From Adineta vaga (lineage: Eukaryota > Animalia > Rotifera), in NCBI GenBank assembly GCA_021613535.1, contig CP075493.1:744001-808000 (forward strand): DNA of 64,000 nt, written 5' to 3'. Made by a program: the position numbers and the translations under genes. Every line of letters starts with the position of its first letter. Within the stretch, counting starts at the first letter, position 1. The notes below the pieces were generated by a model. The model saw only the letters and a list, made by a program, of their open reading frames with translations. It was not told the DNA's origin and did no database searches. Positions 1-11,534 of this stretch are shown piece by piece.

Positions 1-1699
1 ATGTGCCGATATTTTCTTGATCTCAATTCTATCCATATCCTGCAGGTATTGTCATAATCAAGATAACATTTGATTGAAGAATATCAAATTGTTCTCTGCT
101 CGCGAATCTTTGCCGTGCGATTTACAAATGAGAAATTTAATTTGTGAACTATATTAACTGTCAAAGAAGACATGTCTTTTATACTTTATAATCTTCTATC
201 GTTAATATGTTTAATCAAGTAGAACGAAAAGAATCATATAGACGATAAGATGATTGAATAAAACTATGAATGATTTCTGTTATAATCATGGGAAATACGA
301 TGTAATTGATTCAAACAAATCGCTTTTCTTTCCTTGTTTATATTGATAATATAATCTAAGTATGAGAAATGTAGTTGCTATCGTAATTCCAAGAAGAAAA
401 ATGAATAAAATACAATATGTTTTGAGTCTTGTTATGGTTGAGATCATATAATTCCGATCCTTTCCGAGGATAATCACAATGTCGATAACATTTATAAATC
501 TGATCGAATTAAATTATAAAAAATGTCAAATACTTCGAAAATAAATCATCAAATTCTTTCTGGTGTTTTCTTCTAGCTATTCTTAGAGTTCATGATGTTG
601 ACTGATACGTTGTGTTTAATTTCATAATGTATTCAGTTACGATAAATCTATCATCTCCCTATCGTCTAGACCATTAATTCTTTAAATTAGTATCCATAAT
701 CTATTCTTGATACGATCTTCAACATCGGCCAATAGAACATGACAATGAGACATAACACGTGTCATCGATTTTCGTAGAATAATAATTCCAAAGACAAATG
801 ACAAAGAGCAAATGAAATATAATATAAAAATAAGAACCACAGTCGTTGAAATAAATCAATCAGGTTTTTCTTCCGAAAGAATTTTTTTAAATAACGACGA
901 CATATCGAAAATTTTGTTTGTTTGATTATTTTGGATTTACCTTTCGACGTCATGAAAAACAAATGAAAGAAAACATCAGTCATCGCATTATTGATATTTC
1001 TTTTTCCTTCAATTCATTTTCTATAAATCGAATCAAAGAGTTTTTTTTCTTTGGATGAAAACTATAGAAATATATTAATCTTCAAAATATATTATATTCG
1101 TTCGCCTGTCGATAAAGTCTATATGCGTTGAGATGATTGTAAATAGATGGATGTTTAATAATGGTTAGTTATACTGACAAGAATATTAATACAAATCATC
1201 GAAAGAATTCCGCGATCTGTATTTCGAACACGTTTACAGAAACTATCTGTTTTTTCGTAATGTTATTTTTACCGATGACACGTACCATTTGTTATTTTAT
1301 CTTTTCTATTTTGGTGTATTCTCTTTCAATTAAAAATATAAAATAAGCTAATAAATTTAATAGAAATATTTGTTTTTATTTAATAAATATTTTAAATCTA
1401 AAAGATAATCAAAGAAAAATTTCTTTATAAATAAACAATCAAAACAAATATTTTATTATTTTTTTTTTGTTCTTTTATTCATTAATTTCAATTTGAAATA
1501 CAGATTTCAAAAACTTCAATAAAAAACTAATTTTATTTAATAAAGATTTATTTGAATTTAGTTTTATTTAAATATTTTCATCTTTCTTCATCAAATGAAA
1601 AAGTTTATTTTTTTTCTTTTAAAAATTATTTCACTTTTTCAAAAAGTTTTGCTTTCGATTTTAATAAAAAATATTCGTTTTTCACTTTTTATCAAATTT

Positions 1700-2340
1700 T
1701 ATTCATATAATTCAGCACTCTTGAGATAAACACTACCACTCCATCCACCAGTAACTAAAACGGTTCCATTTGATAGAATTGTTGCTGTATGATAATATCG
1801 TCCAACATTCATATTTCGTGTGTTAATCCATCCTAAAAAAGAAAATTGATTTGAATAAAAATAAATGAATTAAGAAAAGGAAACCTTTCGATTGATAAAT
1901 AATTAAATTTAATTAAATTTAATTAATTGATGATAATTTTGATTAATAATAAAAATATTTGTAAATAAATCAAATGAAATAGTTGAAGGAGAATTTAATT
2001 GTGAATTTGTACAATTAATAATACAAAAAAATCCATTTTATTTTTGTTGAATAATTCTTTGATTATTTGAATCAATAATAAATAAAAAAATGATTAAAAT
2101 CTAAAATAATATCCGAAGGACAATTTAAATTAATTGTAAAATTAAATGAATAATTTCCCACAATAATTTGACCAATAAAAGATTCTGATTGAAATAATTG
2201 AATTCTATTATTATCACAATCAGCAACAAATAAATTTTGATTAAATTGATTAATAAAAATTCCTTTTGAATTTGAAAGTGTTGTTGATGTTGAACCTTTT
2301 GTTCTTGTTCCTGCAATAATCAATAAAGAATTCCATAAAT
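1700..2340 (-). pseudogene. Fragmentary NHL-repeat + Kelch-repeat gene remnant
   Basis: ORF 2072-2323 has an NHL motif (LFVADCDNNRIQLF, CPSDI). A downstream segment at ~1700-1832 reads as one Kelch repeat (MNVGRYYHTATILSNGTVLVTGGW...SAELY). The frame is broken between them. Confidence 0.55.
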
Positions 2341-2342
2341 AA

Positions 2343-2399
2343 GGGTGTGGGTGTGGGTGTGGGTATCTGCTCCTTTTTTACACCGACACTCACACCCTC
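2343..2399. repeat. Interstitial (TGTGGG)n telomere-type repeat with imperfect inverted arm
   Basis: GGGTGTGGGTGTGGGTGTGGGT (2343-2364) followed by ACACCGACACTCACACCCT (~2380-2399). Confidence 0.7.
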
Positions 2400-2629
2400 A
2401 TCAGAAAGAAATTTTTCAATTATTCATTACATATTTATGTTGTGATGTTTCTCATTAAATAAAAATAATTGAGCTAATAATAGTAAATCTTAAAAACGTT
2501 GAATTGAAAGAAAAAAAAGCTTTATTTGTATTTATATTAGTTGAATGAGAATTTCTAAATATGACGCAGTTCTTTCCTCTTGTTTTGCACCAAAGATAAT
2601 ACTTTTAAGTGTATATATGAAGATTTTAT

Positions 2630-3382
2630 TTATGATGATGATGATGATTCACTCTGTTGAAGTTCATTCCAAAACTTTTTGATATTTTCAAGTGCAATGA
2701 CTTGTTTGTCTTGTGGAAAAGTGACTAAATCCCAATTTTCATTACAATTTTCATCTTGACAAACAAATGGCATTTTCTTTAACTCTTCTTGTTTAGTTTC
2801 ATTAATCCAGTCAATTGATTTGTCAACAAGAACTTGTAACATATGACGAACTACGGTTTGTTCTGCTTCACTCCAATTTTTATCATGACTTTCTATCAAA
2901 GCACCCGTAGTACATTCAATATGACTATTGAGAATAGTTGAAAAAAGTAATGGCATATAATGAGATCTAGTACACATAATCAAACAGCCAAGATGTTTTG
3001 GACCAGGAATAGAATTTGAACAACTATCTTGAAATATTTTATTGAAATGACTAAAAGCATAATGATCACCATTTAAATCTAATGCTTGTTTTAATGAAAT
3101 ATTTGAATCAATATAAACATTTTGATACGCATAACAAAATGCATCACAATTGTATTGAACATATTTTTCAAGAAGATAATACATTAATTCTAGGGATGTT
3201 TCCTTATTTTCTGAATTAAAAAATATAGCTATTGATTGATTTGGAGTTAGTTTCTTCATATCACATAGATATCGTAAAGAATTCATTAAAATACCAACAG
3301 TGGCTTGATTAATATAATCCAAATACATTTGATTTTTACTAATTGCAGCCATTACTTTTTCTTCTTCTTTGACAGTAGCCAT
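2630..3382 (-). CDS. Hypothetical 250-aa intronless protein, no recognised domain
   Basis: Long ATG-initiated ORF with normal globular composition in AT-rich DNA, where chance ORFs are short. Confidence 0.7.
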   Translation of the reverse strand: MATVKEEEKVMAAISKNQMYLDYINQATVGILMNSLRYLCDMKKLTPNQSIAIFFNSENKETSLELMYYLLEKYVQYNCDAFCYAYQNVYIDSNISLKQALDLNGDHYAFSHFNKIFQDSCSNSIPGPKHLGCLIMCTRSHYMPLLFSTILNSHIECTTGALIESHDKNWSEAEQTVVRHMLQVLVDKSIDWINETKQEELKKMPFVCQDENCNENWDLVTFPQDKQVIALENIKKFWNELQQSESSSSS

Positions 3383-4782
3383 TAAAAATAACTCTTATTA
3401 TGTAAAAGCGTTTGATAATCGTTGAAATATAATCGCATACTTATATGTTTGTTTTCGATGAATAATTGATTGCGAAATGATACATTACATCACCTTTGAT
3501 TAATGGTTGGAAAAATAACTTACCTGATTGTTTTATGACGCACATCAAATTATGTCATCGAAATAAATATTTTTTTGTTCCTCTACTTCCTTTATATTTT
3601 CGATACGGTGTTCATTCATCTTCATCTTCTACATTCATATAATGAAATTTTCTATCACAAACATCATTCCCAGTCAAGACACAACGATCATGATCTATCA
3701 TTACAACTTGCCAGGAATCGGTAACATATGTGATATGTGATAATCTAACGATTCTCACAGGTAATATAAATGATTAATTCATAAAAGTGAAGATGAGAGT
3801 ATTGTAATTGTTTTCAATCATACACATATCCTATCGCTCTAAATGGCTTGATCATCTGAATGTGTTCCATTGCATCAAGAAATTGACAAAATGTATTTCT
3901 TTTGTTATCAGTTGCGTTAACATCAAAATCACAATCGACTAACAATTGAAGGATTTCATGACGAAAAAAACTATCAACATTTCTTTCGATAATTTATGGA
4001 ATACCTATCAGTTTTCGATTTGTAATAGTTTTATACGAAAATGTAACTTACAAAATAAATGTAAAAATGTTGAACGATGTAATTTCATATAATCGTTGTT
4101 GTTCATTTTCTTGAAAATGATAAATAATTCATTGATTTCTTGTCAATATGACCTTTGTAGAAAAGTAAATTTAATATAAGATTGTTAATATAATTTGATA
4201 ATATGCATATTCAACACGTGCATTTGGCGTTTTAGTTAACTTTCGATATAAAGTTTACCAAGACAATATATCATGAAATTAGATTCAAAAACTTTGATTG
4301 ATTCCCTGATAGGAATCCGATTAGAGTCTGACAATGAAAATAATAAAGAGTATTGTGTCAGTCAGAAACTGTTAGATATTTATTGATATCCGATTGTCAT
4401 GCGGAGTAATATAGACTATGGTTAACATTATTAAAAGATATACTGTTATTTCATATCAATAATTAAAATGCACACGTGAAACCACCTTACAACATTAGAT
4501 TTCACCACGCATATTTTACACAACTTTGCTTTGATTCAACACTTTTTATGCATCTTTTCAAGCATCTAAACGTATCGAAAACCAGAATATTATTTCATTT
4601 CTATAATGCCTTTATGCAATGTAACAGGAAACGTGTTAACGAAAATTAAAATTCTGGATTGAGTTTACTATTTCAATACAACATAGATTGTAATAGAGAA
4701 AAAGAATCGTTAAAATTACCAAATTGAGTGATATATTAAAATACACAGATCAGATAGTTTCGAATATGATTTTGTTCAACTT

Positions 4783-4970
4783 GAGTGTGGGTGTGGGTTA
4801 AGAGTAAAGCCTGACCCACACCCACACCCTAAAAAAGTTCGGTACAAGATCATCTCCAAGTACATCTCGTTCTTGTAAAACTACATATAGATCTCCATTT
4901 ACAGGATGGGTGGGTGTGAGTGTGGGTGTAGAGAGAGATGACTCCTTCATCTACACCCACCCACCCTCAC
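4783..4970. repeat. Two short inverted-repeat hairpins built from TGTGGG/CCCACA units
   Basis: 4783-4830 reads GAGTGTGGGTGTGGGT...ACCCACACCCACACCC; ~4908-4970 reads GGGTGGGTGTGAGTGTGGGTGTAGA...TCTACACCCACCCACCC. Confidence 0.65.
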
Positions 4971-5482
4971 TCTCAAGAAGCCGATATTCGTCACATTTAT
5001 CCCTAGCTACATTTTCATCCTCATTCATCTGCACCTACATCCTCGCTGTCACTCACATCATTCTTTTCTTTCTCCTATGTTTTCTCTCACTTTCAGGGAT
5101 AAATTCCTAGCAATTATCTTGCACGATTGCTTCTCTTCTTATTTTTTCCACGGCCTTTAGTAGATATAAAACAAGTTACCGCTTTCTATTTTGACAGATA
5201 AATTCATTTATTTAGATAGTTGTCCTCTACAATGAATTCATGACAGAATGAACTGACACGAAAATAATTTATAATAAGTGCAAAAAAAAGAGAAACTTCT
5301 AAAGAGCATGTGAAAGAATTTGCTGATCAATGCACAGTTAGTTTGCTAGTTTAATTAATATGTCGACTTCTTCTATTTTATGAGTATTTTCGTTAACGTA
5401 AAGTGTTTGTTTTATCATATTGAAATTTTTGTCTAGTATTGTATAGATCGATTCATTATTATTTTAAGTGAAAACAATTAGC

Positions 5483-6487
5483 ATGTCATTATTATATATT
5501 AGTCAACAAATTATCGTTTATGTTGGTTTGTCTATTCTCGTCTTAGGAGTAATTGGTAATGGTTTGAATACGTTAGTATTTTTAAGTGTTCGTACTTATC
5601 GTACAACTCCTTGTACATTTTATTTTCTGATTAATTCTATTAACAACAGTCTTTATATTGCAGTCAATCTTATAGCTCGCGTTGTGAGTACAGGCTTCGG
5701 AATCGATTTGACTCGAACATCATTGGTTTGGTGTAAAACACGAAGATATCTTCTTGTCGCTCTTAGTTTGATTTCTTTCGCCTGTACCTGTTTGGCTACA
5801 ATTGATCAGTTTTTCGTCACATCAAGAAGTGTTTATCTTCGAAGTTTAAGCAATATCAAATGGGCACATCGAATTGGACTCATCGTAGTTATTGTGTGTT
5901 GTCTTTATGGTGTTCCTAGTCTTGTATATCTGAATATTTCACCAATCACGCAGACATGTGTAAACATCAACACTGTTTATACTATTTATCTTCCAATATA
6001 CTCGCTCAGCTTCACTTATTTTATTCCAGTTTTAACAATGGTTCTGTTTGGATATCTAACGTATCGGAATATCCGTCAGACAAAAGCTCTTGCCGAACAA
6101 CAAGCTGATCGTCAATTAATAAGAATGACTTTAATGCAGATCATCCTTGTTGTTATTTCACAAACACCATATGGCATTAACAATATTTACGGTTTGATCA
6201 CATCAACAATGAGGAAGGATGCAGATCGATTGCTCACGGAATCGGTTGCAGCAGCACTGGTTGCTCTATTAACCTATGTCTACTATGCCGTATGTTTATT
6301 CATTTTTTGTTATATAATTAAAAGAAGTCTTTTTTAGAAATGTTGCTACATATTTTTGATTGTATCAAGTCGTTTTCGTCGAGCAATAAGAGTCCGAGTC
6401 TTATTTTGCCGAAAACCAAATCAAATCATTCCAGCTGAAAGATCTGGACGTGGAAGTGTAACAATAAAAAATACAGTGAATAATTAG
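5483..6487 (+). CDS. Rhodopsin-like (class A) orphan GPCR, 2 exons
   Basis: Seven hydrophobic segments, TM1 GN motif, TM3 CLATIDQF (DRY variant). GT-AG intron at ~6290-6337, then exon KCCYIFLIVSSRFR...stop at 6487. Confidence 0.85.
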
Positions 6488-7150
6488 AAAAACAAGATCC
6501 TGAATTTAATATCTCTTTTGAATTAGTATTGAAATAAAAAGTCATGTTATCGTATGGAAATCGAACTAACGAGAGAACTTCCCCAGGTGTTCAAGCGTTT
6601 TAGGGCCCATCTTTTGACGGTAGGCGGACCTCAACGAGGTATGAAAAACCTCAAGAGGATTCGTGCGCTCGCGGCTTTATTCCTGAGATATCGAATTTTC
6701 AAGATACATATGAAAAGGGACAGAAATGAAGAATGATCGTTTTTGGAGAACAGTAGAGTATTCTGATGGAAATTTTTGAAAGCTTCACGCAGCGCTCGTG
6801 TGGCCTGCTCTAGATTGAGGGTGACATCATATCTTATCAGTACCACGTCTATTGACTGTTCATTTCATATCTGATATCATTATACACTAGAAAGAATGAT
6901 TGATGGAAGCGGATGGTATACCATCGATTATCTTTTCGTTCTCCTCGGTAGCATACCACCATGCCTGTCTGATATATATGGGATGCACGTGTTCTTTGTT
7001 TACGTTTCTCTAGTCGTCCTCTCCTCTTGTTTTCTCTCGCATGTCGGATTCATGCCATGAGGTCGTTTTTCTCTTCATTCAATTGTATACGATATACAAG
7101 TAACGTAACAGCAAACTGTCGATATCAGTTTTCCTCACGTTTATTCCAAA

Positions 7151-8110
7151 ATGATCAATCCAGCAAATGTCATGAAGATTTTCGCTGATCGAACATCGAA
7201 CTTATTGTCTTCTACCGTGTCGAACAACGGGACCACCACCGCTCCCATTACAAATTGTGAATGTGAGGTAGCCGACCTGTTGTGTGGTGTGCTGGAATCG
7301 ATTATCAGTAGTCATTCTCACACCATTGAAGTTGAAACAACTCTCGATCATGAGTTAGCCGATAATGAATTGATCAATGATGTCGAGTGTGAAGATACAG
7401 CCGAAGAAAAATGTGATCCCGACTGGAATGATGAGAATGAAGATGAAGAGAGTGCGTTGTGCAGATAATTTTCACTCGATTACATAACCAAGGTAGTCAA
7501 TTACTACGACGAAATCAATCCACAAACCGGAAAACGAAGAAGACGATGGGAAACAGTGAAGAATCATTTCCGACGTATCCCACATCAAACCTATCTCGCT
7601 CGCTTCCGTCGTTATCTTGAGAAACATGAGAAGAAGAAACAGAAGCTTGAGAGAATTGATGATCATGTATTTGATATGTTCGAACGGGCTCGGGAGAAAG
7701 CTCTGCCAGTGCACGATATTGATCTTCGTCGATGAGATCTTAAAAATACAATGGGCGAGTCTTTACACAACTTTGCTGTTTCAAATCGTTGGCTGTACAC
7801 CTTTAAACACAAACGCAATATTATTTCGCGCAAGGCAACGAAGGTAAGACATTTGTAATAATTTTTTTATGAATCTGTAAGAAGAAACTCTACCTTCAAA
7901 ATTAATTGGAATCAAACTTACTGAAGTTGTTTGTTCTTCATAGATTGTGACGAAACGCCAAACAGCAAATCAAGAGACAATCAGAACTTCGCCCGATCAA
8001 TTCATAGCTGATGTTCGTAAACGTTTGTCACAATACAAAGTCAGTGAAGTTATTAACACAGATCAGAGCGAAATGCAGCTTGAAAGAGCCCAAGGAACAT
8101 ATGAGCGAAA
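7151..8110 (+). mobile_element. Decayed pogo/Tigger-like DNA transposase (CENP-B-type HTH + start of DDE domain)
   Basis: GC-richer island (~6570-8300). Translation across stops gives ...FERAREKALPVHDIDLRR*...SNRWLYTFKHKRNIISRK (CENP-B HTH-like), an intron at ~7843-7943, then VINTDQS (first DDE Asp motif). Truncated, with in-frame stops. Confidence 0.7.
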
Positions 8111-8679
8111 ATATTCGCTCGCATCTTTTCAAGACGCCGAATGTGGAGATCACCTGCAACAGTTCCGGTAAGCTCACAACATCCTTGGTCGGGTGTGGGT
8201 GTGGGTGCAGTGATTTGTAGAGATGAATCGTCCCTGACAGGACAGGACACGGGTTATCTTGAGAGAGATGCATCTTTCGTATCGCCAGCATCCCGGATCT
8301 GCAAAATACGTAACACCACTCAAAATCATTTGAAACAAACTTTTTTTATTTAAAGATTATTTTTAAGTCATCTTTTGATAATATTATGACTCAATGGATG
8401 GAAGAAATTAATCATTATGCAAATAAAAACTGTGAAATAAATTTGATTTGAAAGATTTTCGTTTTTCCAAATTAGGGATTTAGCTGAATTCATTAACAAT
8501 GTCATGCATAAGAATAAAAAACAGAATTTGCTTTTTTATTTAAAGTTCACGTTTATATGAGAGATGAAAAAAATATTTTTCTCTTTTCTGTATTAAATTT
8601 CACCACGTTTTTTTCTCTTTTTTCACTCACATAAACATCAACATTCTCAAGAAGTTTTTTCTTCTCCTCCTTATATTCA

Positions 8680-10157
8680 ATGGGTTGTTGTTCAAGTGGA
8701 TCTAATAACGATGAAATTATCAAACCTTCTTCTTCTCATACAGATCAATCGAACGATTCATGTTGTTCATGTCGAATAAGGTGGTGTTGTTGTTGTTATC
8801 ATCCTCCTCCCAAACATTTGTCTGACTCAGAACCAGATCCAATAATTTATCCAACCTATAAATCTGAAATAATTCCAGATCCTGTTATTTTAAAAATCGA
8901 ACCTGAAAGATTATTGAATATTACACCTGTTGGCAAAGTATTTTCGTATGAACGATTTAATAAACGTGGTTTTAGCGAAAATAATCTCTATCCTCTTATT
9001 CAAGGTTTTGAAGATGAACAACTTCTTTCACTTGAAGAAACATTAGAAGAATTTATTGATGAACAACCTCAATTATCCGATTATATTAAAGAAGCAAAAG
9101 CAAATTGTAATAAATCAACTGATCATTGTTTAACTGAAGATGAATCAGCGGCGATTTATATTTATTCAATGAGAAATGACGAACAAAATGGTGTTTATGA
9201 TCTGTTAGAAAAAGCATGGGAATCTCGAGAAAGATCCATAATGAAACCATGGTTTAAATATTTGCGATTATTTCAAAGTGCATTGGATAAATTACCGAAT
9301 GTAACAGAGAATATTTGTCAAGTAGTTCCTTTTGATAAAACGATTGAAAAATTACTCGAAGGTAATTTACCAACAATTTATACTTGTATGGCGACTTGTT
9401 TAGCATCGGAAAGTGAAAATATCGAACATATTGAAGAAATGGTAAATCAAAAATTAGCTTTGTTATCATTTGAAAATGTTAGTGGAAAAGATATGAGTTC
9501 TTATTCGCAAAGTCGAATTAATTTAGAAAAGAATTTGAATAGTTATGTATCTCATGATGGAAAAGATATCACTGATCATCGAAAAGATTTTAAAGAGATT
9601 CTTACAGGATTAGCAATTGAATTGGTGAAAACAGGATATTTTGAAGATTCAAATGGATTAACTTATATTTATTTGAAAGCAAAAGAGAAAGAGAAAATTC
9701 AAGAAACTGGTATGTTGTGATTTTTAAAAGATCTTTTTTTCGTAATTTAAATATAGTTTCTCAAATCTTAGAACCTTGTACATCAATTCCAGAAGAACCT
9801 AAACAAATACGAATACCTAGAAGAGAATTATCTCCCGATATTCCAAAAATATCTTGTAAAAAACCAACAATTTCAAGCGATGAGATATCAAATATAATCT
9901 ATGAAAGACATTTTCAATGTCCAAGATATTTATGTCGAAATTCTTGTAATGGTGATCATGAATCAAATCATTGCCGAGGTTTTTCCTTTATACATCATAA
10001 TTGTTCACATCATTGTACTCCTCATAATCGATGTTTTTCCTGTAAAAAACATGTCATAAAATTACATCAATGTAATCAATGTAATTGGCGTTTTTGTCAG
10101 AAATGTTCTTTTAAATCAACAACATTGATTCATATTGAAAAAAAAGAAATTGGATAA
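8680..10157 (+). CDS. ADP-ribosyltransferase-fold protein paralog 1 (degenerate catalytic motifs); MGCC acylation-type N-terminus; C-terminal Cys/His-rich domain
   Basis: LTEDESAAIYIYS and PWFKYLRLFQSALDKLP are typical of rotifer ART-family proteins. Intron 9710-9771 joins in frame to the Cys/His-rich exon ending at 10157. Confidence 0.75.
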
Positions 10158-10349
10158 TTCCAACTCAATAATGTCACCTTTTGTTTTTTTTGTAGTAAAT
10201 AAATGTAACCTTGGCTTTTGAATAATATTGTGATTCAAAGAAGAAGAGAGAAGAATTTTTCTTTTACATAACTATTATTTGAATCGTATAAAAGCAACAG
10301 TTACATAAATCTTTTTTTTCTTTTCTTCGAAACATTTTCTTCAACAAAA

Positions 10350-11533
10350 ATGGGTAATTGTTGTTGTTGCCATTCTCCTCCTCACATTGTTCAAATAGAA
10401 AAACCGTTGGAACATCGTCCATCTACTCCAATTCAACATTCCAATGTTAAAGCAAATGCATCTAAAAGAAATGACAAACGAGTTCCATCCGAACGATTTA
10501 ATAAACGTGGTTTTAGCGAAAATAATCTCTATCCTCTTATTCAAGGTTTTGAAGATGAACAACTTCTTTCACTTGAAGAAACATTAGAAGAATTTATTGA
10601 TGAACAACCTCAATTATCCGATTATATTAAAGAAGCAAAAACACATTGTAATAAATCAACTGAACATGGTTTAACTGAAGATGAATCAGCGGCGATTTAT
10701 ATTTATTCAATGAGAAACGACGAACAAAATGGTGTTTATGATCTGTTAGAAAAAGCATGGGAATCTCGAGAAAGATCCGTAATGAAACCATGGTTTAAGT
10801 ATTTACGATTATTTCAAAGTGCATTGGATAAATTACCGAATGTAAAAGGTAAAATTTGGCAAGGAATTCTATTTAATAAAAATGATCAAACAATCCTTGA
10901 AGATTCATTAGAATTATATAGTTGTATGTCAATGTGTGCTTTAACAAAAGAGGAAGTTGTGAATTTTTTTAAAGAGGAATCAAAATCGAAATTGATTTTA
11001 ATTTCTTTTGAATCAATTGATGGAAAAGATATGAGTGATTATACAAAAAATTCAAAAGAAGTTATCATTTGGCCAGGATATAAAATATGCAAAATACAAG
11101 ATTCCGAAATAGATAATGATGGAATAGTTTGTTTTCATTTAACAAAATTTAAAGGTAAGATTTTCATTTCGATATCTTTTATCTGTATATCTTTGTTGTT
11201 TTTCTAGATAAACCCGAAGAAAGAGAAGAATATATAAGATCTAAAGTACCAATAGACATTCAAACGATTCCAATTGATCTTCCAACAATTATCTCAAATG
11301 AAAATGAAAATCATTTTGTTTGTCCAATGAAATCTTGTCGAAATTGTTGTGATCGTAATCATGAATCAAATCATTGTCGAGGCTTTTCATTTATTTATCA
11401 TAATTGTTCACATCATTGTGGTCCGCGAAGTCGTTGTTTCTTTTGTAAAAAACATGTAACAAAATTACATCAATGTAATCAATGTAATTGGCGTTTATGT
11501 GATGATTGCTGTTTTAAATTAATAAAAGTTTAA
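10350..11533 (+). CDS. ADP-ribosyltransferase-fold protein paralog 2, same architecture
   Basis: MGNCCCC start and the same ART core. Intron 11155-11207 is in frame with the Cys/His-rich exon ending at TAA 11533. Confidence 0.78.
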
Positions 11534-11534
11534 T

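Noticed and set aside
1-983. Short - strand ORFs with one hydrophobic segment
   Set aside because: I could not assemble a consistent gene model or recognise a motif.
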